NCBI GenBank assembly: GCA_963699545.1
Contig: CAVOUE010000003.1
Location: 288,001 to 352,000, forward strand
DNA length: 64,000 nt
Reading direction: 5' to 3'
DNA from: Nitrospirota bacterium
Lineage (GTDB): Bacteria; Nitrospirota; Thermodesulfovibrionia; Thermodesulfovibrionales; UBA9159
Shown: positions 8,685 to 18,838 of the stretch, piece by piece
Layout of the letters: each line of letters opens with the position of its first letter
Numbering within the stretch: position 1 is the first letter of the stretch
The notes under the pieces: generated by a model
Told to the model about the DNA's origin: nothing
Database searches by the model: none
Seen by the model: the letters and a program-made list of their open reading frames with translations, nothing else
Position numbers and translations under genes: made by a program

Positions 8685-9473
8685 ATGTACCTTTCTGTTT
8701 TTCAGAGGATCAGGGAGAGACTTCTCGCGAGGGTATCGGAGACGCGCTCCGGACCGATGACGCGGAAGGCGCTGGGTATCGGCGCAGGAGGGGACAGGAC
8801 CTTCCCCGTTGACAGAATGGCGGAAGACCTCATCATCTCCGAGCTTGAGTCCTCCGGTCTTCCTTTGTCCATCATTTCCGAGGAGTACGGCCGGAAGGAA
8901 ATAAACGGGGGGGGCCGCACCGTTCTGATCGATCCGATCGATGGAAGCAAGAACGCGGTCTCGGGTATCCCGTTCTATTGCACTTCCATCGCTGTCGCCG
9001 AGGGAGATACCATCGGCAGCATCGCGGTTGCCTATGTGGTGAACCTCATCAACGGCGATGAATTCCGGGCGGAAAAGGGAAAAGGTGCTTTCCTGAACAA
9101 TGAAAGGATCGCTCCGCAGAAGGAAGATGAGTTCTTTCTCGTCGCGTACGAGGCCCAGACGCCCGGCAAGGACATCCAGCGCATCCTCCCTCTCCTTGCG
9201 CTTTCACACAAGACACGGTGTCTCGGCGCAACAGCCCTTGACCTCGCATATCTGGCCTGCGGCGCTGTCAGCGTATTCGTAAGCCCTTCCCCTTCCCGGA
9301 GCTTCGATTTCGGCGCAGGATGGCTCCTTGCACAAGAGGCAGGGGCGGTATGCACCGATATGGACGGCAGAGCTCTTAATGCCGTTGAGCTGGGCCTTAA
9401 GAAAAGCGCGCCTCTCCTTGCGGCCGCGAACCGGTCGCTCCATGACAGGGCGCTGCAGGTCCTGAACGGATGA
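8685..9473 (+). CDS. Inositol monophosphatase / FBPase family protein
   Basis: GAGGD, ISEEYG, DPIDGSKN, RSFDFGAG motifs. Confidence 0.9.
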   Translation: MYLSVFQRIRERLLARVSETRSGPMTRKALGIGAGGDRTFPVDRMAEDLIISELESSGLPLSIISEEYGRKEINGGGRTVLIDPIDGSKNAVSGIPFYCTSIAVAEGDTIGSIAVAYVVNLINGDEFRAEKGKGAFLNNERIAPQKEDEFFLVAYEAQTPGKDIQRILPLLALSHKTRCLGATALDLAYLACGAVSVFVSPSPSRSFDFGAGWLLAQEAGAVCTDMDGRALNAVELGLKKSAPLLAAANRSLHDRALQVLNG

Positions 9474-10381
9474 TCAGAGATCCCGGATCGCAGAGGGGTA
9501 ATCCTGTCTCGCGCCCGGGGGTGAGAATTTTCCCCTGGACCTTTGTCCTCTTGTTCGCTCTTTCGAATCCGGATGCGTTCGCCGCAGAGCTCATCCAGAA
9601 GACCGTCGAGTACAGGATGGTCCTGGGTGACTACGGGGTGCTCATATCAGGCAAACTGGGCATGGACTGGTCGCTCATCGCAAAGGAAAATGGATTTGGT
9701 CCGGATGCCCCCCTGCCGGCGGGGCATGTGCTGAAAGTGAAATTCACGAGGATCGTCCCTGAAGAAATGGACAATGGCATCATCATCAATATTCCGGACC
9801 GGACGCTCTATCGCTTTGAGGGGGGACGCCTCAAGGATTACTACTTCATCGCAGCCGGAAAACCGACATGGCAGACTCCGTTGGGCGACTTTGTCATTAA
9901 AGCCAAGGCAAAAGACCCCACATGGTATGTCCCCTCTTCGATCCAGAAGGAGATGGAGGAGGGAGGCAAGGACGTCCTTGTGGAAGTGCCGCCCGGAGCG
10001 GAAAACCCCCTTGGGAAATACTGGCTCCAGCTCTCGATAAAGGGAGTCGGCCTCCACGGTACCAATGCGCCCCAGAGCATCTATAAGTTCAGGAGTCACG
10101 GCTGCATGCGGCTCATGCCTGAAGTTGCGGAACTCCTCTTCAGGGAGGTGCCTGTGGGCACGCCGGGCAGGATCATTTACAGGCCGGTGAAGGTGGTAAA
10201 GACACAGGGCGGAAAAGTGTACCTTGAGGTTTATAAGGATTTCTATAGAATGGGTATTAAGTACCCTGAAGAGGTAAAACGGCTGCTCAGGGATATAAAT
10301 GCGCTCAGTGACGTGGACTGGAAGAGGGTGGAGGAGGGGATCAAGGCGAGGGACGGTATCGTAAGGGATGTCACGAAATAG
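9470..10381 (+). CDS. L,D-transpeptidase (YkuD/ErfK family) with LysM-like domain
   Basis: IINIP, NPLG, GLHGTN, SHGCMRL catalytic motif. Confidence 0.9.
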   Translation: MIRDPGSQRGNPVSRPGVRIFPWTFVLLFALSNPDAFAAELIQKTVEYRMVLGDYGVLISGKLGMDWSLIAKENGFGPDAPLPAGHVLKVKFTRIVPEEMDNGIIINIPDRTLYRFEGGRLKDYYFIAAGKPTWQTPLGDFVIKAKAKDPTWYVPSSIQKEMEEGGKDVLVEVPPGAENPLGKYWLQLSIKGVGLHGTNAPQSIYKFRSHGCMRLMPEVAELLFREVPVGTPGRIIYRPVKVVKTQGGKVYLEVYKDFYRMGIKYPEEVKRLLRDINALSDVDWKRVEEGIKARDGIVRDVTK

Positions 10382-10403
10382 AAAGAGAAACGGAGCGGAA
10401 GGC

Positions 10404-11101
10404 ATGGGGCGCGGGGCGAAGGCGTCAGCCGCGCAGATCGTACCCCTCTGGGGACCCGGAATAAAGTATGTCCTCCTGGACATGGACGGGACCCTGCTGG
10501 ACAAGTATTTTGACGACTACTTCTGGGAACACCTCGTCCCGAGACCTACGCGGAAAAGCACGGCATCACCTTTGGAAGGGCAAAGGAAGAACTGATGAAG
10601 AAATACAAACACCATGAGGGGACCCTGAACTGGACAGACATCGATTTCTGGTCCCGGGAACTGGACCTGGATATCCCTGCCCTGAAAGAGCAGATCCGCC
10701 ACCTCATCGAGGTCCACCCCCATGTGGAGGACTTCCTCAGGCTCCTGAAGAGACACAAAAAAAAGGTCTTCATCGTGACCAATGCCCATATCAAGGTCCT
10801 GGACCTGAAGATGAAGAAAACGAACATCGGGAGGTACTTCGATACCTGCATCACCTCCTTCGAGATGGGGTATCCAAAGGAGGACCTCCGGTTCTGGCAG
10901 AAGGCCCAGGAGCGACTGGGGTTCCGGAAGGAAGAAACGCTCTTCATCGATGACACGGAAGAGATACTGAAGACGGCTCATCGTTTCGGAATACGATACG
11001 TCGTCTTCAAGGCGAGGGCCACCTCAAAGAAAACGCCGAAACCGTCAAAGGATTTCCTTACCATAACCGATTTTAACGAGCTCTGCGATGAAGGCATCTG
11101 A
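10404..11101 (+). CDS. yrfG: HAD-family GMP/IMP nucleotidase, YrfG-like (1-nt deletion near 10541)
   Basis: LLDMDGTLLDKYFDDYFW then GTLNW, VTNAH, LFIDD in the next frame; CCG(G)AGACC restores P-E-T-Y-A. Confidence 0.8.
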
Positions 11102-12707
11102 ACTCATCACGCGGTGCCTCGAAGGAGAGGGGGTCCGGTATCTCTTCGGCCTCCCCGGGGAAGAGAATATCGACCTTCTCGAGGCGGTCACCTCATCGAA
11201 GATACGCTTCGTCCTCACCCGTGATGAACGGGGCGCATCCTTCATGGCCAACGTATGGGGAAGGCTTTCGGGAAACCCGGGGATATGCATTTCCACCCTT
11301 GGCCCCGGCGCCACGAACCTCACCACCGGGGTCGCTGACGCGTATCTCGATTTCGCGCCGATGGTGGCTGTCACCGCGCAGAAGGCCACAAAAGACCTCC
11401 ATAAAGAATCCCATCAGTACGTAAATACGGTATCCATGTTCAGGCCCATAACGAAGTGGAATACGAGGATTGAAGTGCCTGACAGGATCCCTGAGATCAT
11501 CCGCAAGGCTTTCAAGATCTCCTCCATGGAAAAGCCCGGACCTGTGCATATCGAAATACCGGAAAATATCGCTTCCCTCACGATCGATGAGGACCCCATG
11601 GGACCGTCGCAGACGGTTTATCCGGCGCCATCCGCCCAGGCGATATCCGGGGCAGTACAGGCCATCAGGAACGCGCGGCAGCCCCTCATCCTTGCAGGGA
11701 ACGGGGTCATACGGGGAAACGCCACGGAACAACTCTACCATTTCGCGAACAAGCTCAGGATCCCCGTGACCACAACGTTCATGGGCATGGGCGCTATACC
11801 GGCTGACGATGAGTTGTTCGTCTCGACCACGGGATTACAGTCCAGGGATTACATATCCTGCGGGTTTGACAGGGCTGACCTTATAATCACCGTGGGGTAC
11901 GACCCGGTGGAATTCAATCCGGAATACTGGGACGGCAAAAAGGAGATCATTCATATCAACTTCACCGCGGCAGACGTGGACAAGAACTACAGGGCGCTGG
12001 AGGTTACAGGGAATATCAGAGACAGCCTTTCGATCCTCACTCAATCCCTTTCCGGTGAAAAAGACCCCTCCTACTTCATAAAACTGAAGGGATACGCCGA
12101 GCATATTATCGAATGTCCGCAGAAGGGGTTTCCCCTAAAGCCCCTGAGGATCATAAAAGAGCTGAGGAACGCCCTCGGCAGGGAAGACATCCTTATCAGC
12201 GACGTGGGAGCGCACAAGATATGGATCGCACGGTTCTATCCTGCGTACAGCGAGAACACGGTCATCATCTCCAACGGCCTCGCATCCATGGGCTTCGCTG
12301 TTCCCGCGGCAATATCCGCAAAGCTGCTGTTCCCGGAGAAAAAGGTGGTTGCCGCAGCGGGTGACGGCGGGTTTCTCATGTCCGTGGCAGAGATAGAGAC
12401 CGCGGTGAGACTGGGGACAGCCTTTGTCTGCATTATCTTCAACGACGGCGGTCTCGGGCTGATCGAATGGAAGGAGCGGCTGAGATACAAGAAGGACTTC
12501 TTTGTGAAATTCAACAATCCTGATTTTGTAAAGCTTGCGGAATCCTTCGGGGCAAAGGGATACCGGGTCTCCTCAGAGGATGAACTGGCGCCCATTTTGA
12601 AGGACGCCCTCATCCAGAACGTCCCTGCCATCATCGACTGTCCTGTTGACTACTCCGAAAATGTCCGCCTTTCTGAGAGGCTGGGCAGGCTGATCTGCCC
12701 CACATGA
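11088..12707 (+). CDS. Acetolactate synthase large-subunit family ThDP enzyme
   Basis: FGLPGEEN, TLGPGATN, SDVGAHK, GDGGF ThDP motif. Confidence 0.9.
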   Translation: MKASELITRCLEGEGVRYLFGLPGEENIDLLEAVTSSKIRFVLTRDERGASFMANVWGRLSGNPGICISTLGPGATNLTTGVADAYLDFAPMVAVTAQKATKDLHKESHQYVNTVSMFRPITKWNTRIEVPDRIPEIIRKAFKISSMEKPGPVHIEIPENIASLTIDEDPMGPSQTVYPAPSAQAISGAVQAIRNARQPLILAGNGVIRGNATEQLYHFANKLRIPVTTTFMGMGAIPADDELFVSTTGLQSRDYISCGFDRADLIITVGYDPVEFNPEYWDGKKEIIHINFTAADVDKNYRALEVTGNIRDSLSILTQSLSGEKDPSYFIKLKGYAEHIIECPQKGFPLKPLRIIKELRNALGREDILISDVGAHKIWIARFYPAYSENTVIISNGLASMGFAVPAAISAKLLFPEKKVVAAAGDGGFLMSVAEIETAVRLGTAFVCIIFNDGGLGLIEWKERLRYKKDFFVKFNNPDFVKLAESFGAKGYRVSSEDELAPILKDALIQNVPAIIDCPVDYSENVRLSERLGRLICPT

Positions 12708-12794
12708 CGTGAGACAGTTGAAGACGACATGATCTCATAGAAGGAAGGGGAGGCGTCCCCGGTTATTCGCTGGTTTCTTTATCTTCTCAGGTAT

Positions 12795-13145
12795 CTATCG
12801 CTTGTTATATTTCGTAGCGTTGCCCTTAGAGAGCTCGACAGGATACTTCTTTTCGTTCAGCTTCATCTTTTCCTCCACCGCCTTTTCGATATCGACACCA
12901 AGCTTCTCAGCAAGACGGACAAGATAGATAAAGACGTCTGCGATCTCTTCCCGCACAAGCGCCATCTCCTTCTCGTCCCTGACTATCTCCTTCGACTGCT
13001 CCTCGGTGAGCCACTGGAAGATCTCGAGGAGTTCCGCCGCCTCGGCAGCTAACCCCATCGAAAGGTTCTTTGGACTGTGGAACTGGTCCCAGTTCCGGAC
13101 CTCTGCGAATTGTGCGAGACGTTTGCGGATTTCAGAAAGGTTCAT
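12795..13145 (-). CDS. MazG-like nucleotide pyrophosphohydrolase (dCTPase type)
   Basis: RNWDQFHSPKNL, EAAELLEIFQW, EEIADV, NEKKYP. Confidence 0.9.
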   Translation of the reverse strand: MNLSEIRKRLAQFAEVRNWDQFHSPKNLSMGLAAEAAELLEIFQWLTEEQSKEIVRDEKEMALVREEIADVFIYLVRLAEKLGVDIEKAVEEKMKLNEKKYPVELSKGNATKYNKR

Positions 13146-13208
13146 AACAATCCTTCAAGGTGTAAAGATTTTGGTATTATGCCAGTCAATTTCCCGGCAG
13201 TAAATAGA

Positions 13209-14056
13209 TTACTCTATGTTCCGGTGGCAGCCGATGCAGACCGAGGGAAGGCGAAGTCTGCCGGCGGCATCAGCTCCCTTCGCTGCTGCTTCACGCTGAA
13301 TGACCCCTTCTTGGTGAGGGTTGTGACAGGTGGAACACGTGATGCGGCCCCTCGGCACGAGGGGGAAGATCACGGTGAGCCTTTCTTCGCTTTCCCGCAT
13401 GTTCCGCAGAGTCTCCGGGGAAGGTTTCACAAGAAAGTGTTTGCTGAAAAAGTTGCCCGGCAGCGCCATGGGAGGGTGGCAGCGCCAGCAGAGGAACCCT
13501 ACGTCCGCCCTGAATCTCACATCATCTGTCTTGTCCACGGCCGGATCAGGTTCTTTTGAATGACACAGGAGGCATACCGGTTTGCCGTTCACCTCTCTGA
13601 TCTTGCCGTCGCCAGTGAGCATAATATGGGGATCAATATCGGAATATGCTTCCCGATAATGACAGCTGAAACAAATGGTCCTCCGGTCTCCGTACGGTCC
13701 GCCTCTGAGGAGTTTCGGAGTTCCTTCCCCCCGGGTCCGCCGTGTATCTCATGACAGGTCAGGCACCTGACCTCGCCCTTGAAGAGCGGAAAAGAGGAGG
13801 TGGACCGGTCGGCGGGAGTAAAATCGACGGGGTGATGGGTTTCCCTGTTGTCATGACAGGTCAAACAGAGAGATGAAGGGTCCGTCCCCGGTTTAAACGA
13901 TGCGGAACCGGGTTGCGGCTTTTCCGTCGCATGACATTGCACGCAGGCGGTGTGGGGGTTCTTGTAGGGAGCCTGTTCCGGCCCTATCAACGTTTGCAGA
14001 CTGCAAGATGCGAGCATGGCTGCCGACAAAACTGCGTATCTGAGGACATGGTGCAT
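13209..14056 (-). CDS. Octaheme c-type cytochrome lipoprotein (1-nt deletion near 13725-13732)
   Basis: Lipobox LASC; CVQCH, CLTCH, CLTCH, then after the frame change LLRGGPY..CFSCH, CLLCH, CWRCH, CSTCH, CIGCH. Confidence 0.85.
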
Positions 14057-14120
14057 TCTGTTAAGAGTATAGCAGAATCCCTAAATGAAGGCCATCTTTG
14101 GGAGGGGTTGTTCATTAAAG

Positions 14121-14158
14121 AGGAAGGGCGCGGGGACCGAGATCCCCGTGCCTTTCCT
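14121..14158 (-). terminator. Intrinsic terminator after ferredoxin
   Basis: 16-bp stem AGGAAGGGCGCGGGGA / TCCCCGTGCCTTTCCT (two wobble/mismatch positions), followed by CTTT on the minus strand. Confidence 0.6.
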
Positions 14159-14175
14159 GTACTGCTCGTGCACCC

Positions 14176-14358
14176 TTACTCGAACTTTATCGCTTCCGTG
14201 GGACAGGTGTCTGCGGCAGCCTGACAATCGCATGAGTCGCACTTGTCGGGCGCAATGACCCATGCCTTTTCATCCCTGAGCTCGAAGACCTCTGGACACA
14301 TCTCGGAACATGAGCCGCAACCGATACATAAGTCCATGTCAACAACCGGAACAGCCAT
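14176..14358 (-). CDS. Ferredoxin (single 4Fe-4S cluster)
   Basis: CIGCGSC..CP and ADTCPTEAI; AGGAGG RBS. Confidence 0.92.
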   Translation of the reverse strand: MAVPVVDMDLCIGCGSCSEMCPEVFELRDEKAWVIAPDKCDSCDCQAAADTCPTEAIKFE

Positions 14359-14379
14359 TGTACTCCTCCTTTGGATATT

Positions 14380-14694
14380 TTATTCTACGGGTGTTACCAC
14401 CGCCATTACCACCAGTTTGTCGCCCTTGTCCGCCATAAACCCGTGAGGCACCATGGGCTCGCAGAGGATGCAGGTCTTTTCGTCGGCCTCTACCCGTTCG
14501 TCCCCTATTATAAATGTCCCCTTGCCCTGAACGCAATACATAAGAAGACGCAGGGGCGCCTTATGCGGGTCCAGTTTCTGGCCCTCGTTCAGACACATGA
14601 GGGCGATCCTCATCTCGGGCTTGTCGGAGAGCATATCCCGGGATATCCTGTCAGGGTAAAACTTGATAGCCTTCTTCAGATCAATGACGTCCAT
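14380..14694 (-). CDS. Cupin domain protein
   Basis: GQKLDPHKA...G.G, PMVPHG cupin motifs. Confidence 0.85.
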   Translation of the reverse strand: MDVIDLKKAIKFYPDRISRDMLSDKPEMRIALMCLNEGQKLDPHKAPLRLLMYCVQGKGTFIIGDERVEADEKTCILCEPMVPHGFMADKGDKLVVMAVVTPVE

Positions 14695-14780
14695 GACTCC
14701 TCCTTCAGTTCACCTGTTTCTTTCAGCATATGACATGATCCCGGTCCGTGCAATGATACACATCATACCTGAGGATACCC

Positions 14781-16031
14781 CTACTTCCTCTTTGTTCCCA
14801 GCGGCAGGACCCTGGACAGGATATCATCCACCGTCACCACCCCCAGCAGGACACCGTCGCTGTCCACCACGGGCAGGGCGACAAGGCTGTATTTGGTAGT
14901 GATCTTCGCTACCACTTTTTCATCCTCTTCCGGCGTGACCGTCTTGATCTTGGTCTCCATGATTTCTGAAAGATTCGTATCCGGGTCGGCCAGAAGCAGC
15001 TCCCTGAGGGACACAACTCCCACCAGCCGTTCTGCTTCGTCAACCAGATAGATATAGTAGACCGTATCTATCTCCCGGGCGTCCTGCCTGAATTTCTCTA
15101 TCGCATTCTTCACCGTCATCCCCAGGGGATAGGCAATGAAAACATTGGTCATGAGGCCGCCCGCTGTATCCTCCTCGTGTCCGAGGAGCTCCTGGATATC
15201 CTCCGCCTCCTCTTTTTCGATATGTTCCAGGATCTCCTTTGCCCTCTCTGCCGGCAGGTCCCCCAGGACGTCGGCAGCCTCGTCAGGAGGCATCATCTCG
15301 ATAATATCGGATGCCTTCTCCGTATCCATCCCCCGTATCAGCTCCACCTGGGTCTCCGTGCTCAGTTCCGAGAGGGTATCGGCCGCCACGTCCACATCCA
15401 GGTTCTTCAGAAATGCGGCCCCCTCATCGTGTGAGACCTGGCTGATGATATCCGCAATGTCGGCCGGGTGAAGCTCCGAGAGCATCTGCCTCGGGACCGT
15501 AAGGGAGATGGCGGTGAGTTTCGGCTGCAGGGGCTGAATGTAGTTCCAGCTTATGAGATTGAAGGGGAGGGTCGTCTTGAAGACCTTCAGAAAATCCTCA
15601 CCCTTCCGCTCCACACCGAGCCTCCTCAGTATGCCGCGCACGCCCACGTCCACCGCGATGAGCACCGCCTCAGAGGCGTACCCCTCAAGCTTGATATCGT
15701 TCACCCTCACCACCTTCACCCCGTTCACATCCACGATCTGCTTGTCCAGGACATCTCTCACCGCAAGCAGGTCATCGGAGGTCATATCATAGGGAACAAG
15801 GTCCGAGGAGTAGATCTTCGCCGCGACGATCCTTTTGTTGAACATATTGAGCTCGGCCCAGGGGACACGGAACAGATTCCCCTTCTTTTCGATAATGAGG
15901 GCATCTACCCGGGGAAGGGGTTCCGCCTTCACCACGACCATGTCTTTGAGCCGTCCCAGTTCCTCGCCTTTGGGATCGAGGATGGACTCCCTGAGGATCT
16001 CACTCAGAAATAATTCACCGAACAGCGGCAT
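14781..16031 (-). CDS. MgtE intracellular-domain / CBS protein with PRC-barrel N-terminus, no TM domain
   Basis: LDKQIVDVNG, LHPADIADI, TAGGLMT, two CBS repeats. Confidence 0.85.
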   Translation of the reverse strand: MPLFGELFLSEILRESILDPKGEELGRLKDMVVVKAEPLPRVDALIIEKKGNLFRVPWAELNMFNKRIVAAKIYSSDLVPYDMTSDDLLAVRDVLDKQIVDVNGVKVVRVNDIKLEGYASEAVLIAVDVGVRGILRRLGVERKGEDFLKVFKTTLPFNLISWNYIQPLQPKLTAISLTVPRQMLSELHPADIADIISQVSHDEGAAFLKNLDVDVAADTLSELSTETQVELIRGMDTEKASDIIEMMPPDEAADVLGDLPAERAKEILEHIEKEEAEDIQELLGHEEDTAGGLMTNVFIAYPLGMTVKNAIEKFRQDAREIDTVYYIYLVDEAERLVGVVSLRELLLADPDTNLSEIMETKIKTVTPEEDEKVVAKITTKYSLVALPVVDSDGVLLGVVTVDDILSRVLPLGTKRK

Positions 16032-16866
16032 TCACGTCCCCCCGGATCATTCCACTTGCCCCGGCCCTCCTGAGAAGCTCTTCGACCGCCGCCATGCCCT
16101 CGGTCCCCAGGTCAAGGGAGTAGTCATTCACATAGAGGCCTATATGCTGCTCGATCACCGCATCCTCCAACTCCCGGGCATGGGCCTTGATGTACTCCTT
16201 TGTCCTCTCTCTGTGGGCAAGGGCATATTCGACACTTTTCCTGATCAGCATATCGATGGTTTGGATCACCCCGCTGCCGAGACCCTTCCTTGCGATGATA
16301 CATCCCAGCGGCAGGGGAAGTCCTGTGTCTCCCTCCCACCATCTCCCCAGGTCCAAGACCTCAAAAAGCCCGTAAGCGGGATAGGTGAACCGCGACTCAT
16401 GGATGATCAGCCCTGCATCAACGACGCCACTCTTCACCGCGCCCATGATCCTGTCAAAGGGCATCACCACCACATCCGTGCCCAGCGCAGGATCATAAAG
16501 CCGCAACAGCAGGTATGCTGTGGTAAGCCGTCCCGGTATGGCGATCTTCTTCCCCCTGAGGTCTTTCATTGAGGTTTCTCTCTTCGCAACCACAAGGGGA
16601 CCACACCCCCTGCCCAGGGCGCTCCCCGAACGAAGCAGCTGGTAGCTCTCCCTCAGGAACGCGAATGCGTGGAAAGAGACCTTTGTGATATCCAGCTCCG
16701 CATTCAATGCCTTCTGGTTCAGGGTCTCCACGTCCAGGAGCATCTCCCTGAACCCCAGTCCCGCGGTGTCGATCCGGCCGTGCACAAGGGCATAAAAGAT
16801 GAAGGTATCGTTGGGGCACGGGGAATAGCCAAGGGAGAGAGTCCCGGCCATTGCCTGAAACGTCAT
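16015..16866 (-). CDS. mqnD: 1,4-dihydroxy-6-naphthoate synthase
   Basis: GYSPCPNDTFIF, GRGCGPL, IIHESRFTY, PLPLG, HIGLYVN. Confidence 0.93.
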   Translation of the reverse strand: MTFQAMAGTLSLGYSPCPNDTFIFYALVHGRIDTAGLGFREMLLDVETLNQKALNAELDITKVSFHAFAFLRESYQLLRSGSALGRGCGPLVVAKRETSMKDLRGKKIAIPGRLTTAYLLLRLYDPALGTDVVVMPFDRIMGAVKSGVVDAGLIIHESRFTYPAYGLFEVLDLGRWWEGDTGLPLPLGCIIARKGLGSGVIQTIDMLIRKSVEYALAHRERTKEYIKAHARELEDAVIEQHIGLYVNDYSLDLGTEGMAAVEELLRRAGASGMIRGDVNAAVR

Positions 16867-16961
16867 GGATCCTCCTGTAGAATCTGGGATTCCCGGCAGC
16901 AGACTGTTTTATAGTATACCGCAAAAATTTCCAAAAGGGATAATCATAGTATAATAGGAAT

Positions 16962-17945
16962 ATGACGCTGAGGATGGCACGAAAAGACCCCTCCCTGCCG
17001 TCATCCGGCGGAGAACCGGAGACAAGCGGGAAGATCGCCCAGATCATCCGGTTGTCGTCCCAGTTTCTCCAGGGGAAGGATGAAGCGCTGAAGCTCTCCC
17101 TGCTCACTTTCTTCTCCAGGGGACATCTTCTCATAGAGGATTACCCGGGCCTGGGGAAAACGACCCTCGCCATCGCTATCGCAAAGGTCCTGGGGCTCAG
17201 TTTCGGGAGGATCCAGTGCACGAGCGATCTGTTGCCCACCGATATCACCGGTCTTTCTATTTACAACAAAAATACCGGGGAATTTGAATTCCACCCCGGA
17301 CCCATATTCAACAATATCGTTCTGGTGGATGAGATCAACAGAGCGACACCCAAGACCCAGAGTGCCCTGTTGGAGGCGATGGGGGAAAAGCAGACCACCA
17401 TGGAAGGGAAGACGTACAAACTTCCGAACCCCTTTTTCGTGATCGCCACCCAGAACCCCGTGGAGCAATTCGGGACCTTCCCTCTGCCGGAATCCCAGAT
17501 GGACAGGTTCATGATGAAGATCGGCATCGGGTACCCCACGCGGGGGGCGGAAAGGGAGATCATCCGGGTGGGAAGCAGACGGGAGGAGCTCTATGCCATT
17601 GAGCCCATGATGAACAGGGAAGAGGTCCTCACGATCCAGGAAGATATCAGGGAGAGAGTGTTCGTCTCTGAAAAGATCCTCGAATATATTCTCGACATCG
17701 TGGAGGCAACAAGGAGCAACAAATATATCCTTGCCGGGATCTCTACCCGGGGGGTCCTGACGATAACCAATGTGGCAAAGACAAACGCGTATTTCAACGG
17801 ACGCAATTTCGTGATCCCTGAGGACATCAGGGAAGTCACCCGTCATACCATCCCCCACAGGGTTATCTTCCGGGAAGAGTTCGAAAGCCTCGACAAATGG
17901 GGAATCATACAGGCGATCCTCGATCAGATACCGGTCCCGGCGTAA
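16962..17945 (+). CDS. MoxR family AAA+ ATPase
   Basis: GHLLIEDYPGLGKTT, DEINRATPKTQSALLEAM, ATQNP, LPESQMDRF. Confidence 0.93.
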   Translation: MTLRMARKDPSLPSSGGEPETSGKIAQIIRLSSQFLQGKDEALKLSLLTFFSRGHLLIEDYPGLGKTTLAIAIAKVLGLSFGRIQCTSDLLPTDITGLSIYNKNTGEFEFHPGPIFNNIVLVDEINRATPKTQSALLEAMGEKQTTMEGKTYKLPNPFFVIATQNPVEQFGTFPLPESQMDRFMMKIGIGYPTRGAEREIIRVGSRREELYAIEPMMNREEVLTIQEDIRERVFVSEKILEYILDIVEATRSNKYILAGISTRGVLTITNVAKTNAYFNGRNFVIPEDIREVTRHTIPHRVIFREEFESLDKWGIIQAILDQIPVPA

Positions 17946-18838
17946 TAAGGATCACGAAGGCCGGCTGGTTCTATATCCTCCTGACCATCTTCCTTGGTGT
18001 GTCCGGGATAAATACCGGGAACAATCTCATCTACCTCATCGTCGCCGCCTTTCTCAGCTTCATGGCCGTATCAGGGATCTTCGGAAAAAGAAATCTCTCG
18101 AAGATCGATGTGCGGATCGAACTCCCCGAAGAGATCTATGCGGACACCAGCGCCCCGGTCAGAGTGATTATCAGGAACAACAGGAGGTTCCTCCCCGTGT
18201 TCCTGATGCGGGTGCATGTTGCAGGCAGCGACATACTGTTCCCTTTTGTGGAAGTGAGGACCGAGGTGGCCAGGTATCTCTCCCTTCCCTTCCGTGAGAG
18301 GGGACGTTCAGAGATCAGGAACATGTATGTGTCGTCGGTGTTTCCCTTTAATTTCTTCATCCGCTACCGGACGATGCCGGGAGTCTTTGAGGCCATTGTC
18401 TTCCCACGGGCAAAGAAGTGCGATCTCCCGGGGTCTTTCGAAAAAGAGAGGACATGCAGGGGGGAGCAGGCCTCTGATAAGACAGGATACGAGGCGGACA
18501 TCATCTCCCTCAGGGATTACATAGAGGGCGACCCCCTCAAATATATCCACTGGAAAGCGACGGCAAAGACAGGGCGGCTCAAGACCAAGGAGCTCTCCTC
18601 CGTCTCTCATCAGCCCGTTGTCATCGATTTCGATGCGCTTCCCCTGAAGGATCTGGAAGAGAAGATCTCCTGCGCCACCTATGTTCTTCTGAAACTGCTC
18701 AAACGGAACGTCCCCGTCGGACTTAAGATCGGCGGAACACTTTACAAACCCTTGTCCGGGGCTCACAGAGAAAGGACAAAGGCCTTGAAGTTCGCTCTGC
18801 TCACAAAGCTTGCCCTCTATCCGAAAGGGGTAGTTTGA
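17897..18838 (+). CDS. DUF58 domain protein (start uncertain)
   Basis: INTGNNLIYL, LRDYIEGDPLKYIHWKATA; lies between moxR and tgpA-like genes. Confidence 0.88.
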   Translation: MGNHTGDPRSDTGPGVIRITKAGWFYILLTIFLGVSGINTGNNLIYLIVAAFLSFMAVSGIFGKRNLSKIDVRIELPEEIYADTSAPVRVIIRNNRRFLPVFLMRVHVAGSDILFPFVEVRTEVARYLSLPFRERGRSEIRNMYVSSVFPFNFFIRYRTMPGVFEAIVFPRAKKCDLPGSFEKERTCRGEQASDKTGYEADIISLRDYIEGDPLKYIHWKATAKTGRLKTKELSSVSHQPVVIDFDALPLKDLEEKISCATYVLLKLLKRNVPVGLKIGGTLYKPLSGAHRERTKALKFALLTKLALYPKGVV

